Shown: in pieces, positions 44,010 through 52,385 of the stretch | Layout of the letters: the number at the start of each line of letters is the position of its first letter | Numbering within the stretch: position 1 is the first letter of the stretch | Origin: a virus | Lineage: Duplodnaviria > Caudoviricetes | Virus record (IMG/VR): IMGVR_UViG_3300044617_001003 | Location: 1-56,310 of that record | Reading direction: 5' to 3' (one strand) | Length of the DNA stretch: 56,310 bases | Program-made: the position numbers and the translations under genes | Notes under the pieces: generated by a model | The model's database searches: none | Seen by the model: only the letters and a program-made list of their open reading frames with translations | Told to the model about the DNA's origin: nothing

Positions 44010-44495
44010 TCAGTTCCCCATAACGAAGATTTCGTAGGACGAGCCGCTCGCGCCGCCGATGCGCAGGCGGCTGCCGCCCGAGGTGGTGGCAAATCCGCTG
44101 GAGTTCGGGCACGACAGCAAGTATGAGCCGCCAGCCCGGATGGGCATTCCCCGCAGCGTCAGGCTGCCGAGGTTGATCATCGGGGCGAAGTTCCACGCCA
44201 GCGTGTCAACAATGAAGTTCCGAAAATCCACGCCGTTGTAGCCAGCCGAAAGCGCCATGTCCGACGACGACAAGTTCTTGACGCACAGGAGTTTGACGGC
44301 CGAGACGCCGAGCGTGGAGAAGTCGATGTCGTCGAAACCAAAGGCACCGACGGTCCTGCGGTCGCTCCAGACCTTCGAGCAGTCGCCGACGGAGACGGAA
44401 ATACTGAGCGGGTGCTGATCGACAGACGACGTAAGCCCAGACTGAGCCGTCTTCGTCGCCTTGATGTCGACAGCAACCTGCGCGGCCAGCGTCAT
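44010..44495 (-). CDS. hypothetical virion protein
   Basis: VKLLCVKN, YEIFVMG. Confidence 0.75.
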   Translation of the reverse strand: MTLAAQVAVDIKATKTAQSGLTSSVDQHPLSISVSVGDCSKVWSDRRTVGAFGFDDIDFSTLGVSAVKLLCVKNLSSSDMALSAGYNGVDFRNFIVDTLAWNFAPMINLGSLTLRGMPIRAGGSYLLSCPNSSGFATTSGGSRLRIGGASGSSYEIFVMGN

Positions 44496-45142
44496 CGGTA
44501 TCCGCCCCACCCTGACGCGGCCATCAGGGTGTCGAACGTCGTCGGGATCGGGAGGATCTGCGAGTAGCCGGCGACCACAGGCTGCCGGGTCTCGTACCAG
44601 TGCGCCACGAGAAGCAGGATGGCGTGCTTGAGCGTGTTTGGCGCGCTGGCGCCGGATGCCCCGTACCCGGCCGACCAGCGGACGGTGACGCTGTTCTCGT
44701 CGCCTCGAACCGCCGGCCAAGTCTCCTGATAGTTGGGATAGATCCTGCCAGGGGTCGCGTAGTGGTCGATCTGGAAGGCCGACGCCGCGCTGGTGATCGT
44801 CCGATTCGTCCCGGCCTCGTCGCGATAGATGACCGTAACGGTACCGCTCTGCATCGGCGGCCTGGGCAGGACAATCTCCCACAGCGGGAAGCAGTCGTAG
44901 CGCGCCTCCCAGACGGTCGTGATGATCGAAATGTCGAGGATCTCCTCGACATACTGCCTCGCCGTCGAGATCAGCGTCGTCAGGTACGAATCCTCGTCGC
45001 TGGAGTCGACGCGGCACTGAACCTTCGCCTCCGCAAGCGTAACGGGCTCGACGGCCGGCGCAGTGTGGCGAACGAGGCTGCGGTACGGCGTGACGCTCGA
45101 CGACGGCTCGCCGGGGATGCCGTAGCGGATAGTGATGGTCAC
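44492..45142 (-). CDS. head-tail connector (gp6/phiE125 gp8-like)
   Basis: EPVTLAEAK.QCRVD, AILLLVAHWYE.R. Confidence 0.92.
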   Translation of the reverse strand: MTITIRYGIPGEPSSSVTPYRSLVRHTAPAVEPVTLAEAKVQCRVDSSDEDSYLTTLISTARQYVEEILDISIITTVWEARYDCFPLWEIVLPRPPMQSGTVTVIYRDEAGTNRTITSAASAFQIDHYATPGRIYPNYQETWPAVRGDENSVTVRWSAGYGASGASAPNTLKHAILLLVAHWYETRQPVVAGYSQILPIPTTFDTLMAASGWGGYR

Positions 45143-45333
45143 TTGAACCTCTTCTTTCCTTGCGGCTGGACAGCCCGTTCCGCCTGCCGCTCAACGGCCG
45201 CCACCTCGACCGCGCGGTCCTCGACCTGGGCGACGAGGCCTCTCGCGACCAGCACGCGGGCCATTCCGTCGCCCCACTCGAACTCGCTGCCGACCTTGTA
45301 GCCGCCAAACGGCTTGACGATGCGAACTCTCAT
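45139..45333 (-). CDS. small head-associated protein
   Basis: A..LV.RG.V and E.A motifs, typical of small genes after the capsid. Confidence 0.7.
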   Translation of the reverse strand: MRVRIVKPFGGYKVGSEFEWGDGMARVLVARGLVAQVEDRAVEVAAVERQAERAVQPQGKKRFK

Positions 45334-46058
45334 TTCATGAACCCCCAGGCGTCTTCGGGCGGGGTCTTGTCCAGATTCCAGAACTCGGTGCAGTGCTGCT
45401 GAACCTTGCCGTCCGGGACCGACCGCGACGGCCAAGTGATCATCAGTTCGGCGTGACCAACGCTGATGTTGGTTGCGATGCCCAACTTGTTGCCTGAGGA
45501 GCAGAACTTCTTCCAGAAGTAGATGTCCTCGTCGATATGCCCACCGCGATAGTCGCCGCTGTCGCTGGCCTGGGCCAGAAAGAACGGCTTGCCCATCTTC
45601 TTGATGGCTGACGTTCGGATGAACGTGCAGCCGAAGTGGGCCGTCTCGACAGGCTGCACCGGCTTCGAGAACCAATCCGCCTCGACGGTCGCCTTGTCCT
45701 CCGGGCTGACGCCCGGCAGGGCGAACATGACCGTGTTGGCCTCGCGCTTGGTCTGCAGCGGGGCGATTGCGTCGTACCCCGAATACATCATCAGCGTGAG
45801 GAGCGCCTCGACGGTCCTCGACGTAAAGATCGTGTCGTAGTCGATCGTCAGAATGACATCGTGCGACTCGATCGTGTCTTCCATGCACCGCTGCAGGCAC
45901 TGCCCCCAGAACGCGCCGGTGTATTTGATCGGCGAGATCCGGTGGGGTGCCAGCGCTGCGGTGACGCAGAAGAAATTATCAGTGAAGCCGAGGCGGGGGC
46001 AACTCATCAGAGCGGCCACCTTGACCTCGGCTTCACACTGACCTACACGAACCAGCAT
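45330..46058 (-). CDS. GT-A (GT2-like) glycosyltransferase in head module
   Basis: TIDYD (DxD), HFGCTFI, KPFF, DEDIYF, VGH. Confidence 0.8.
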   Translation of the reverse strand: MLVRVGQCEAEVKVAALMSCPRLGFTDNFFCVTAALAPHRISPIKYTGAFWGQCLQRCMEDTIESHDVILTIDYDTIFTSRTVEALLTLMMYSGYDAIAPLQTKREANTVMFALPGVSPEDKATVEADWFSKPVQPVETAHFGCTFIRTSAIKKMGKPFFLAQASDSGDYRGGHIDEDIYFWKKFCSSGNKLGIATNISVGHAELMITWPSRSVPDGKVQQHCTEFWNLDKTPPEDAWGFMK

Positions 46059-46062
46059 CTTT

Positions 46063-46097
46063 CGCTCCTTGTAAGGAGCGGGCGCGCATCCTTGCGC
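46063..46097 (-). promoter_or_regulatory. CsrA-type hairpin plus SD-sequestering hairpin
   Basis: mRNA GCGCA-AGGA-UGCGC, then CGCUCCUU-AC-AAGGAGCG just before the ATG. Confidence 0.55.
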
Positions 46098-46135
46098 CTT
46101 GACCGGCCGTCACTGGCCGTCCCGCTTGTACGGGA

Positions 46136-46582
46136 TCAGCCCTTGACCAGACCGATGACGTTGGTTTCCGCAGCCGTCACGGGTGCTTCTTCGGCGCGGC
46201 CGAGCCGCGCGACGATGCCAACCGTGGCGGTCGCACCGGGCGAGTAGGACACCTTGAGGTATCGCTTCTTCGCCTTGGTGTCGACATCCATCTTCAGCAC
46301 AGCCGCCGAGGCGGTTCCGGCCACCGAGATGGCCGGAATGCTGAAGCCACCGGTGCCGCCGCCGACGAGGGCGGTGACGTTCGAGAAGCCGGAGCCGCTC
46401 TCGTCCGACTCCTCGACCTTGACGGCGGTGGCGAACACGGTCGACGCGTTCGAGGCACGCACAACCGTGATGCTGGCGTGGTCGTAGCCAAGGGTGTCAA
46501 TCGTCATCGTGGCCGTGGCCGTGGCGCCCACCGCAGCGGTGGGCAGTTCGGCGACGATCCGTTCGTTCTGGGAGTGAATCAT
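46136..46582 (-). CDS. capsid decoration/stabilisation protein
   Basis: Directly after the capsid gene; IDT.GYD, V.ESD, KRYL.V. Confidence 0.75.
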   Translation of the reverse strand: MIHSQNERIVAELPTAAVGATATATMTIDTLGYDHASITVVRASNASTVFATAVKVEESDESGSGFSNVTALVGGGTGGFSIPAISVAGTASAAVLKMDVDTKAKKRYLKVSYSPGATATVGIVARLGRAEEAPVTAAETNVIGLVKG

Positions 46583-46600
46583 GCTGTCATGGCTCCTTTA

Positions 46601-47938
46601 TCACGAGGCGGCCGAACGGAGGGCAACCACGGGGCCGACCTCGCTGTTCGTGCCAAGGGAGTGGTGGTTCACATCGAATCGCATCGTGCCCTGGAGGAGC
46701 AGTTGGTCGGTGGTCGCGTAGACCTGATCGAACAGCCGCACCGAGAAGTCCCGACGACGGGCGTAGATGCTGGACAGGCCCATGTTGCCGAACAGAACCT
46801 TCACCTTGCTGGTGTCGGCGCCGAGCGTGCTGTTGAGGACATGCACCATTCGCACTGGGTATCCCAGGAACGTCTCGCCAGCGTCACGACCGAGGTTGTC
46901 GACCGTGTTGCCGCCAGCCGCGTACTTCAGGCGGCTGATGCTGGCCGCGTAGCCGGCCGGAGAGACGTACCACGCGGCGCCCTGGCGGGCGTACAGCGGC
47001 AACTTGCCCATGGCACCGAGGAAGTCCTCGATGTCGAGGGTCTCGAACGAGGTGTTGCCCGACGCGGCGGAATGCACCGACGCCGTATGCGTGCCGTCGT
47101 TGATCTTGTTCACGACGCCGTTGATGCCGCCGAACTGGCTGGTGCCGTCACCGAGCCAGCCGCAGGTGTCGATCTTGTACGCCAGCGAGGTGGCGAACTC
47201 GGCAGCCACGGCGTCGGCCAGCGACACCAGGGCATCCTCGACAACCTCGCTCGACATCCGGCAGGACACCGCGAGTTTCTTGGCCGTCAGCGAGACGTTC
47301 GCATAGGTCGGCTCGCTCTCGGTCACGCTCGACCCCTCGCCCACAAAGTAGGCGGTGGTGCCCGAAATCCGCTTGGGCACCACGAGGGTGTCACGGTTCA
47401 TCGACACGTTCTCGGCGGCGCCGGGGAAGGTGCCGAAGGTCTCGACCAGCCGGATGACCCGGTTGGCGAACTCCTCGGGAACCAGCGCACCGCCGGCCGA
47501 GTTGCTGCCCTCGTTCAAGGCGCGGCTCTCGACGCCGTGGTCGCGGCACCACCGGAGATCGTCCTCGTTGCGGAACACCGTGGCCCGGAGCCAGCGGCCG
47601 CAGCGATAGGCCGACTCAACCGCGTCGGCCGAGTCGTTGAAGGCCCGAAGGGTCGTGTGATGCGGGTGGATCGCCCGGATCTCGACCTTCTTCGGCGCCT
47701 CGGCCGGGGCCGGCGTGGGGGCCGGGGCGGCCCGCTCGACCACCGAGCGAAGTTCCGCCTCCTTGGCGGCCAGCCTCTGCTCGAACTCCAGATCGGACTT
47801 GACCTTGTCCGCCTCGTCCGTCAGCCGACGGAGTTCTGCGGTCTGCTCCTCCGACCGCTCCTCGATGTCGGCGAGTTCGTTGAGGCGAGCGGCGATGGCC
47901 GCGGCACGATCCTGAAGACGCTTGAGGTTGGAAGCCAT
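46601..47938 (-). CDS. major capsid protein, HK97 fold
   Basis: Coiled-coil delta domain, GG.LVPEEF, A.FVGEG, S.E..EDA, GDGT, LGYPV. Confidence 0.95.
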   Translation of the reverse strand: MASNLKRLQDRAAAIAARLNELADIEERSEEQTAELRRLTDEADKVKSDLEFEQRLAAKEAELRSVVERAAPAPTPAPAEAPKKVEIRAIHPHHTTLRAFNDSADAVESAYRCGRWLRATVFRNEDDLRWCRDHGVESRALNEGSNSAGGALVPEEFANRVIRLVETFGTFPGAAENVSMNRDTLVVPKRISGTTAYFVGEGSSVTESEPTYANVSLTAKKLAVSCRMSSEVVEDALVSLADAVAAEFATSLAYKIDTCGWLGDGTSQFGGINGVVNKINDGTHTASVHSAASGNTSFETLDIEDFLGAMGKLPLYARQGAAWYVSPAGYAASISRLKYAAGGNTVDNLGRDAGETFLGYPVRMVHVLNSTLGADTSKVKVLFGNMGLSSIYARRRDFSVRLFDQVYATTDQLLLQGTMRFDVNHHSLGTNSEVGPVVALRSAAS

Positions 47939-48130
47939 TTGGCTGTTGCTCCTTGTCTGAGCCAGCCAAACGCAAAAAAGCGGCGGCTGGCGGGGTGTTT
48001 CCCGCAAGCACGCCGCGACAAGAATCCTCAAGTCGCTCGCACTGCTCTCCGCGAAATCCATCGCGGAGCAATATGTCTACCTGTAGCCTACAGAGCCGCC
48101 GCAGCGCGGTGCAAGTCAGTCGGCGGGCGG

Positions 48131-48520
48131 CTACGAGACGATCGTCGCCTTGACGCCCCACTTGGCAAGAAACGCCACGGCGTCTTCGTACAGTTCAGCG
48201 CGAGTCTTGTCGGAGTCGATGTATTCCTTGATGCGGCTCTCGCCGAACTCCTCGCGGAGCATCCCCAGCGGCGCCGACTCGTCGTCGGCCTCCCACCCCA
48301 TCGTGTCGTAGTCGAACCACGCGTACCAGCCGCTGCCTTGGATGAACTGGGTCGACGGCGGAAGCGCTGCCACGGCGGCGTCGAGGTCCGCCTGCGTGTC
48401 CGGTGTCTGCTTCGGCCAATCGGCGTTGTCGAGGTCGTCATCCGGCGAAGCGTCGCCGTAGTCCCACCCCTCCTCGTCGCTCCCTGTTGGGTTCAGTGCG
48501 TACTCGTCATCGGCTGTCAT
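48131..48520 (-). CDS. highly acidic protein, candidate ART inhibitor/immunity
   Basis: D/E-rich 129 aa, 7 bp downstream of the ART gene. Confidence 0.65.
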   Translation of the reverse strand: MTADDEYALNPTGSDEEGWDYGDASPDDDLDNADWPKQTPDTQADLDAAVAALPPSTQFIQGSGWYAWFDYDTMGWEADDESAPLGMLREEFGESRIKEYIDSDKTRAELYEDAVAFLAKWGVKATIVS

Positions 48521-48527
48521 TTTGCAC

Positions 48528-50132
48528 CTACCACTTTGACCTATTGTCAACCAGACGGCCGCGAACCACACCTCCGAGTATAACGATCTCCTGCTCGTGC
48601 ATACATCCGAAGCCGGTCGTACACATAGACAGGACTCTGCTGGCCGGTATGGTTGTCGTCAGGTATCTGGCCGTCTTTCCTGTGCCGGCAAATTTCTCCG
48701 CGACCGGCTTGCTCATCGAAAAACTCGACGCGGGCTGAAGCGCGACATCTTGATCTCCGGTCTGGTTCACTCTGGCGCTGCTTTTGTAGCCCCGCACAAG
48801 CGTCAGTTCTGTTATCCCCTTGCTCTTGAGGTCTGCCTGCGTTGCCTCATGATGCGCCTTCAGGACGGCATGGACGACCTTATGCTTTCTGATTTTCTCG
48901 ACCGTTTCTTTCCAGGCCGGAAAGTTCTTCAACTGGTCTGTGAGTTTGCGCGTGTGTGCGCGCTTGACTTTGAATACGTCCGACGCGGCGTATTGAACTC
49001 CAATGGCGGGAGAGCCCTTGCTTGATGTGCTTGCCCATCCGCTGACCATGGCGGCCGAAATGGCATACCTCCTGTGCAGGCTTTCGGGGATGCCTGCTTT
49101 GATAAGTTGCTCGGCATTTGTAGGGCCAAGGAAATCGCCGGCCCTGAACAGCCTAAATATCTCGTCGTCTACGTCGGACTCTTTCACCCCCATCTTGTCG
49201 AGCCGCATCGCAGCCTGATGGGAGATGATCCGCTTCTGCTCGCTGCGGATTTTCGCGCCGTCCGACACCGCACCGGAACCGTAGTACCAGCCGGCCTTGA
49301 GGTGTTCGCCGAACACCAGCGACCGTTCTTTGCTGAGGGCGTCTTCCTGTGTGATGGTCGTGCTGTTTTGCTTGAGCATGAGCGTTTTGCCCACGCTGAC
49401 GGCTGGCTTTTCAGGCTCGGGCGCGCTCTCGGCCTTCTTGACGGCCGCGACAGCCTTCTTTTGGGCCGCCAACTTTGCCTTGAGTGCGTCGAGTTCCTTC
49501 CTGATGCTCGGCGCAGACGCCACCTTCAGGGATTCGCTGGCTTTCCTCAGTTTGAGTTCTTCGATCTCCTGCTTGATGCTTTTGGGAGTCCCCGCAACAG
49601 TCAGTCGTGCTGTCGCCTTCTTGATGCGGATTTTCTGCAGCATCGCGGCGCGCTTCTTGTCGGCAGCCTGCTTTGCCGCCTTCTTTTCCGCCGCGTCCCG
49701 CTGGTCTTTTTGGGCCTTTCGTTCCGCCGCCTTGCGGCGCAGGTACTGGATCTTCTTGGCCTTTGCCTTCGCCTCTCGCTGCGGCTTCGCGGCCTCGGAC
49801 TTCTTCCGATCGAGCGCCTCCTTGCGGGCCTTCCTGGCGGCCGCTTTCTCGCTGAGTTTCTTCGCCAGCGCGAGGTCGGCCTTGGCGTCGGCTTTCTTCA
49901 GGCCGCCGCCTTGACCAAGGGGGCGCTGCGGGATGCCGTCCTCCTTGGCGCACTGGTTGCCGGCCTTGAAGCCCCCCTTCCCGGTGCCGCAGCCAGCCGA
50001 CGGCCCGCCCTTGCCGGCGACGCGGGCGACCGCCTTGACCTTCTTGTTCTTGCCAGGGGCACGCCGGCCGCCGCCGCCCATCCTCGCGCGGGCCTCGGCG
50101 ATCGCCGCAATCAGTCTTGCGATGGCGTCCAT
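48528..50132 (-). CDS. Lys/Ala-rich head protein with C-terminal R-S-E ADP-ribosyltransferase domain
   Basis: LTLVRG, SSFS....A..FA, IP...VL, EQEIVIL; N-terminal CGTG.GGFK.GN.CA motif. Confidence 0.7.
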   Translation of the reverse strand: MDAIARLIAAIAEARARMGGGGRRAPGKNKKVKAVARVAGKGGPSAGCGTGKGGFKAGNQCAKEDGIPQRPLGQGGGLKKADAKADLALAKKLSEKAAARKARKEALDRKKSEAAKPQREAKAKAKKIQYLRRKAAERKAQKDQRDAAEKKAAKQAADKKRAAMLQKIRIKKATARLTVAGTPKSIKQEIEELKLRKASESLKVASAPSIRKELDALKAKLAAQKKAVAAVKKAESAPEPEKPAVSVGKTLMLKQNSTTITQEDALSKERSLVFGEHLKAGWYYGSGAVSDGAKIRSEQKRIISHQAAMRLDKMGVKESDVDDEIFRLFRAGDFLGPTNAEQLIKAGIPESLHRRYAISAAMVSGWASTSSKGSPAIGVQYAASDVFKVKRAHTRKLTDQLKNFPAWKETVEKIRKHKVVHAVLKAHHEATQADLKSKGITELTLVRGYKSSARVNQTGDQDVALQPASSFSMSKPVAEKFAGTGKTARYLTTTIPASRVLSMCTTGFGCMHEQEIVILGGVVRGRLVDNRSKW

Positions 50133-50878
50133 GCCAAGTCGCCTCCGGTGGTTACAGCCTCAATCCAATCGAGGTACTCGGAGACGTTCGTGTGCCCGCT
50201 CTCCTGCCCGTTCGTGCTTTTGACGGCGCCGCGGCCCTCTCGCATGACGATCGAGTGAATCCCCGCCAACCGCCCCCGAACGAGCAGCGGCCCGCCGGAG
50301 TCCCCCGGAGCCGTGAGCATCTCCCTCGGAGACGTTCCGGCCGCGCCGTGGCACACCCACAGGCTCCGCTCGCGGCGGCAGATCGTGTTCGTCCCGGCCC
50401 GCAGCCGGCCGTCGAACGCCTTCCATCCGGCGTCGAGCGTCCCCTCCGCGCCGTAGCCCACCACGACCGCGTCGTCGCCGACCGCCTCGGTGCCGTCAGC
50501 CAGTGGCGGGTAGGCATCGAGGCCAAGAGGCTCGCTGACTTCGAGGAGGGCGATGTCGTGCTGCCCCATCATCGCGTGCTGGAATCCGCTGTGGCAGACG
50601 ATGCGACGGATCTTCCACGACCGCTGGCCGTTCCGGACGGTGGCTTCTTTGGCCTCGTGGACGATATGCGCAGCGGTGATCGCCCACGAGTCGGAGATGG
50701 CGACCGCCGTGCCGACCCCCAGGTCGCCGCCCTCACGGGTGGCTTCGATGGTCAGCGTGTATTCGGCGTGCGGCTCGGCGGCGTCGAGGTACTCAGAGTC
50801 CTCGACGTTCGGGTCGCGAGTGCCGGCGAGAGACATCAAGGCGGCGACTAGAACAAGAAACCTAGCGACGGATCCCAT
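50111..50878 (-). CDS. trypsin-like (S1) serine protease with signal peptide
   Basis: TAAH, DIALL, GDSGGPL catalytic triad. Confidence 0.92.
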   Translation of the reverse strand: MGSVARFLVLVAALMSLAGTRDPNVEDSEYLDAAEPHAEYTLTIEATREGGDLGVGTAVAISDSWAITAAHIVHEAKEATVRNGQRSWKIRRIVCHSGFQHAMMGQHDIALLEVSEPLGLDAYPPLADGTEAVGDDAVVVGYGAEGTLDAGWKAFDGRLRAGTNTICRRERSLWVCHGAAGTSPREMLTAPGDSGGPLLVRGRLAGIHSIVMREGRGAVKSTNGQESGHTNVSEYLDWIEAVTTGGDLAWTPSQD

Positions 50879-52385
50879 GAGCGGCAGTCTCCAGTGACTT
50901 GGCCTTCAATCGAGCCGCCTCGGCCGCCGGATCGACGGCCCGCTGGCTCTCGGTGGCCGGCTCCGACAGCCGCTCCTCCGGAATCACCCACAACTTGCAG
51001 ACCGCGTTGGGGTCGATCTCGCCGGAAACAACGTCGCAGGAGCCGCCTTCGTTCCAGAACACGCAGTTCTCACACCGAATACCCCGCTCGGCGAACGGGC
51101 TTTCGTTCATGTAGTGGGCGCCGTCCGGGCCACCCTGCGGCCACTGGCCGTTCTCGACAGCGACCTGGGCGATCGCCTCGTAGAGCGCGAAGTTCGCCGG
51201 GGACAGCGACTCGGCGTCCTCCTGATCCTCCGGCTCGGGGTCGACGGCGCGGCCCTCCATGGCCTTTGCCTTGCGGGCGGACCAGTTCTTCGCCGGCGTG
51301 CCGCCCCACAGGAGCCACGCAACGAAGCCGGGCTTTTCCTCGCCCGGCTTGTCCCAGCCCTCGGACTTGCTGGCCGACTCGTGCCTCGCAAACCACGCGT
51401 TCATTTCGCGAACGTGATCCTCGGTCAGTTCCTCTCGGCGGGCGATCTTGTTCGCCCTGGCCACTGTCTCGGGCTTGAGCCCGTCGCCGGACTTGCCCTC
51501 CTCGTGCAGCCGCAGCCCACGCTTGGCCGCAGCCGCCATGCCGGCCGTCGGCTTGAGGCTCCCGGCTGCACGCTCGTCGGCCGGCTCGTCAGTCATGACG
51601 CCGGCGGCGACGAGGTCGGACATCGGCTTGCCGATGAACTTGTCGGTCTCTTCCCAGACGCCCTCTTCGGACTCCCAGATCCGAACGAGCGCCGCCGGAG
51701 ACTCCGGCGTAGCCTCGATCGAATACTCGGAGCCATCCATGCCAAGGCGGCCCTCGGTCATGACATACTCGACGCGACCCACCCCGCCGTCCCACGCTAC
51801 GAAGTCACCGACATCAAGCATGGCTCGCGTCTCGCCGCGAGCGATCTCCATTGCTCGCCGGCTGACGAACGTCTCGGTGGCTGGGTACGCGGGCCGAAGC
51901 ACGGGGCCGACATCAAAGAGACCGTCGAAGTCGACGATTTCCCTCAGTTGCCGGCCGTCCTGCATCTTGCTCCAGCGCTCGCCCTGCCCCTTCACCTTGA
52001 AGGCGAACGAACTTCCGCGAACATCCCCGCGCTCGATCGCCTCAACAACGTCAGCGCGGCTCTCCGGGGCGTCGATTTCGTACCGCAGGCCGCGCTCGTC
52101 GACCGACAGCCGCAGCGTGCCGGCCGACTCGCGGCCGAGCAGGAACATTGGCTCGTGGTTGTAGAGGCCGACGACATCGGTGCCGCGACTGATGACGTTG
52201 TCGAAGGCGCCGGGGAGAATCCGCTCCACGAACCCACCCAAGTCCTGCGAGTCAGACTGAAACAAGGCCGCGTAGCCACGAATTGTGACCTTCTTCTTGC
52301 CGGTCTTGTCGCACAGGCAGCGTTCGACGGCCGTGTCGGACTCGATCAGCCGGCGTTCAATGTCTTCTCGACCCTGTCCGTCCAT
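50862..52385 (-). CDS. HK97-family prohead protease with C-terminal accessory domains
   Basis: GYAALF, DLGGFVE.I.PGAF, YNHE, RGDV.GSSFAF, PAY..T. Confidence 0.92.
   Translation of the reverse strand: MDGQGREDIERRLIESDTAVERCLCDKTGKKKVTIRGYAALFQSDSQDLGGFVERILPGAFDNVISRGTDVVGLYNHEPMFLLGRESAGTLRLSVDERGLRYEIDAPESRADVVEAIERGDVRGSSFAFKVKGQGERWSKMQDGRQLREIVDFDGLFDVGPVLRPAYPATETFVSRRAMEIARGETRAMLDVGDFVAWDGGVGRVEYVMTEGRLGMDGSEYSIEATPESPAALVRIWESEEGVWEETDKFIGKPMSDLVAAGVMTDEPADERAAGSLKPTAGMAAAAKRGLRLHEEGKSGDGLKPETVARANKIARREELTEDHVREMNAWFARHESASKSEGWDKPGEEKPGFVAWLLWGGTPAKNWSARKAKAMEGRAVDPEPEDQEDAESLSPANFALYEAIAQVAVENGQWPQGGPDGAHYMNESPFAERGIRCENCVFWNEGGSCDVVSGEIDPNAVCKLWVIPEERLSEPATESQRAVDPAAEAARLKAKSLETAAHGIRR

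Noticed and set aside
46075-46130. tRNA in the multi-stem intergenic region
   Set aside because: It lacks D/T-loop consensus and CCA; it is better read as a structured mRNA leader. No tRNA was recognised elsewhere.
46478-48583. Long + strand ORFs (701 aa here; also 54121-55557, 51114-52406 and others)
   Set aside because: These are antisense shadows of high-GC3 genes with clear - strand products.
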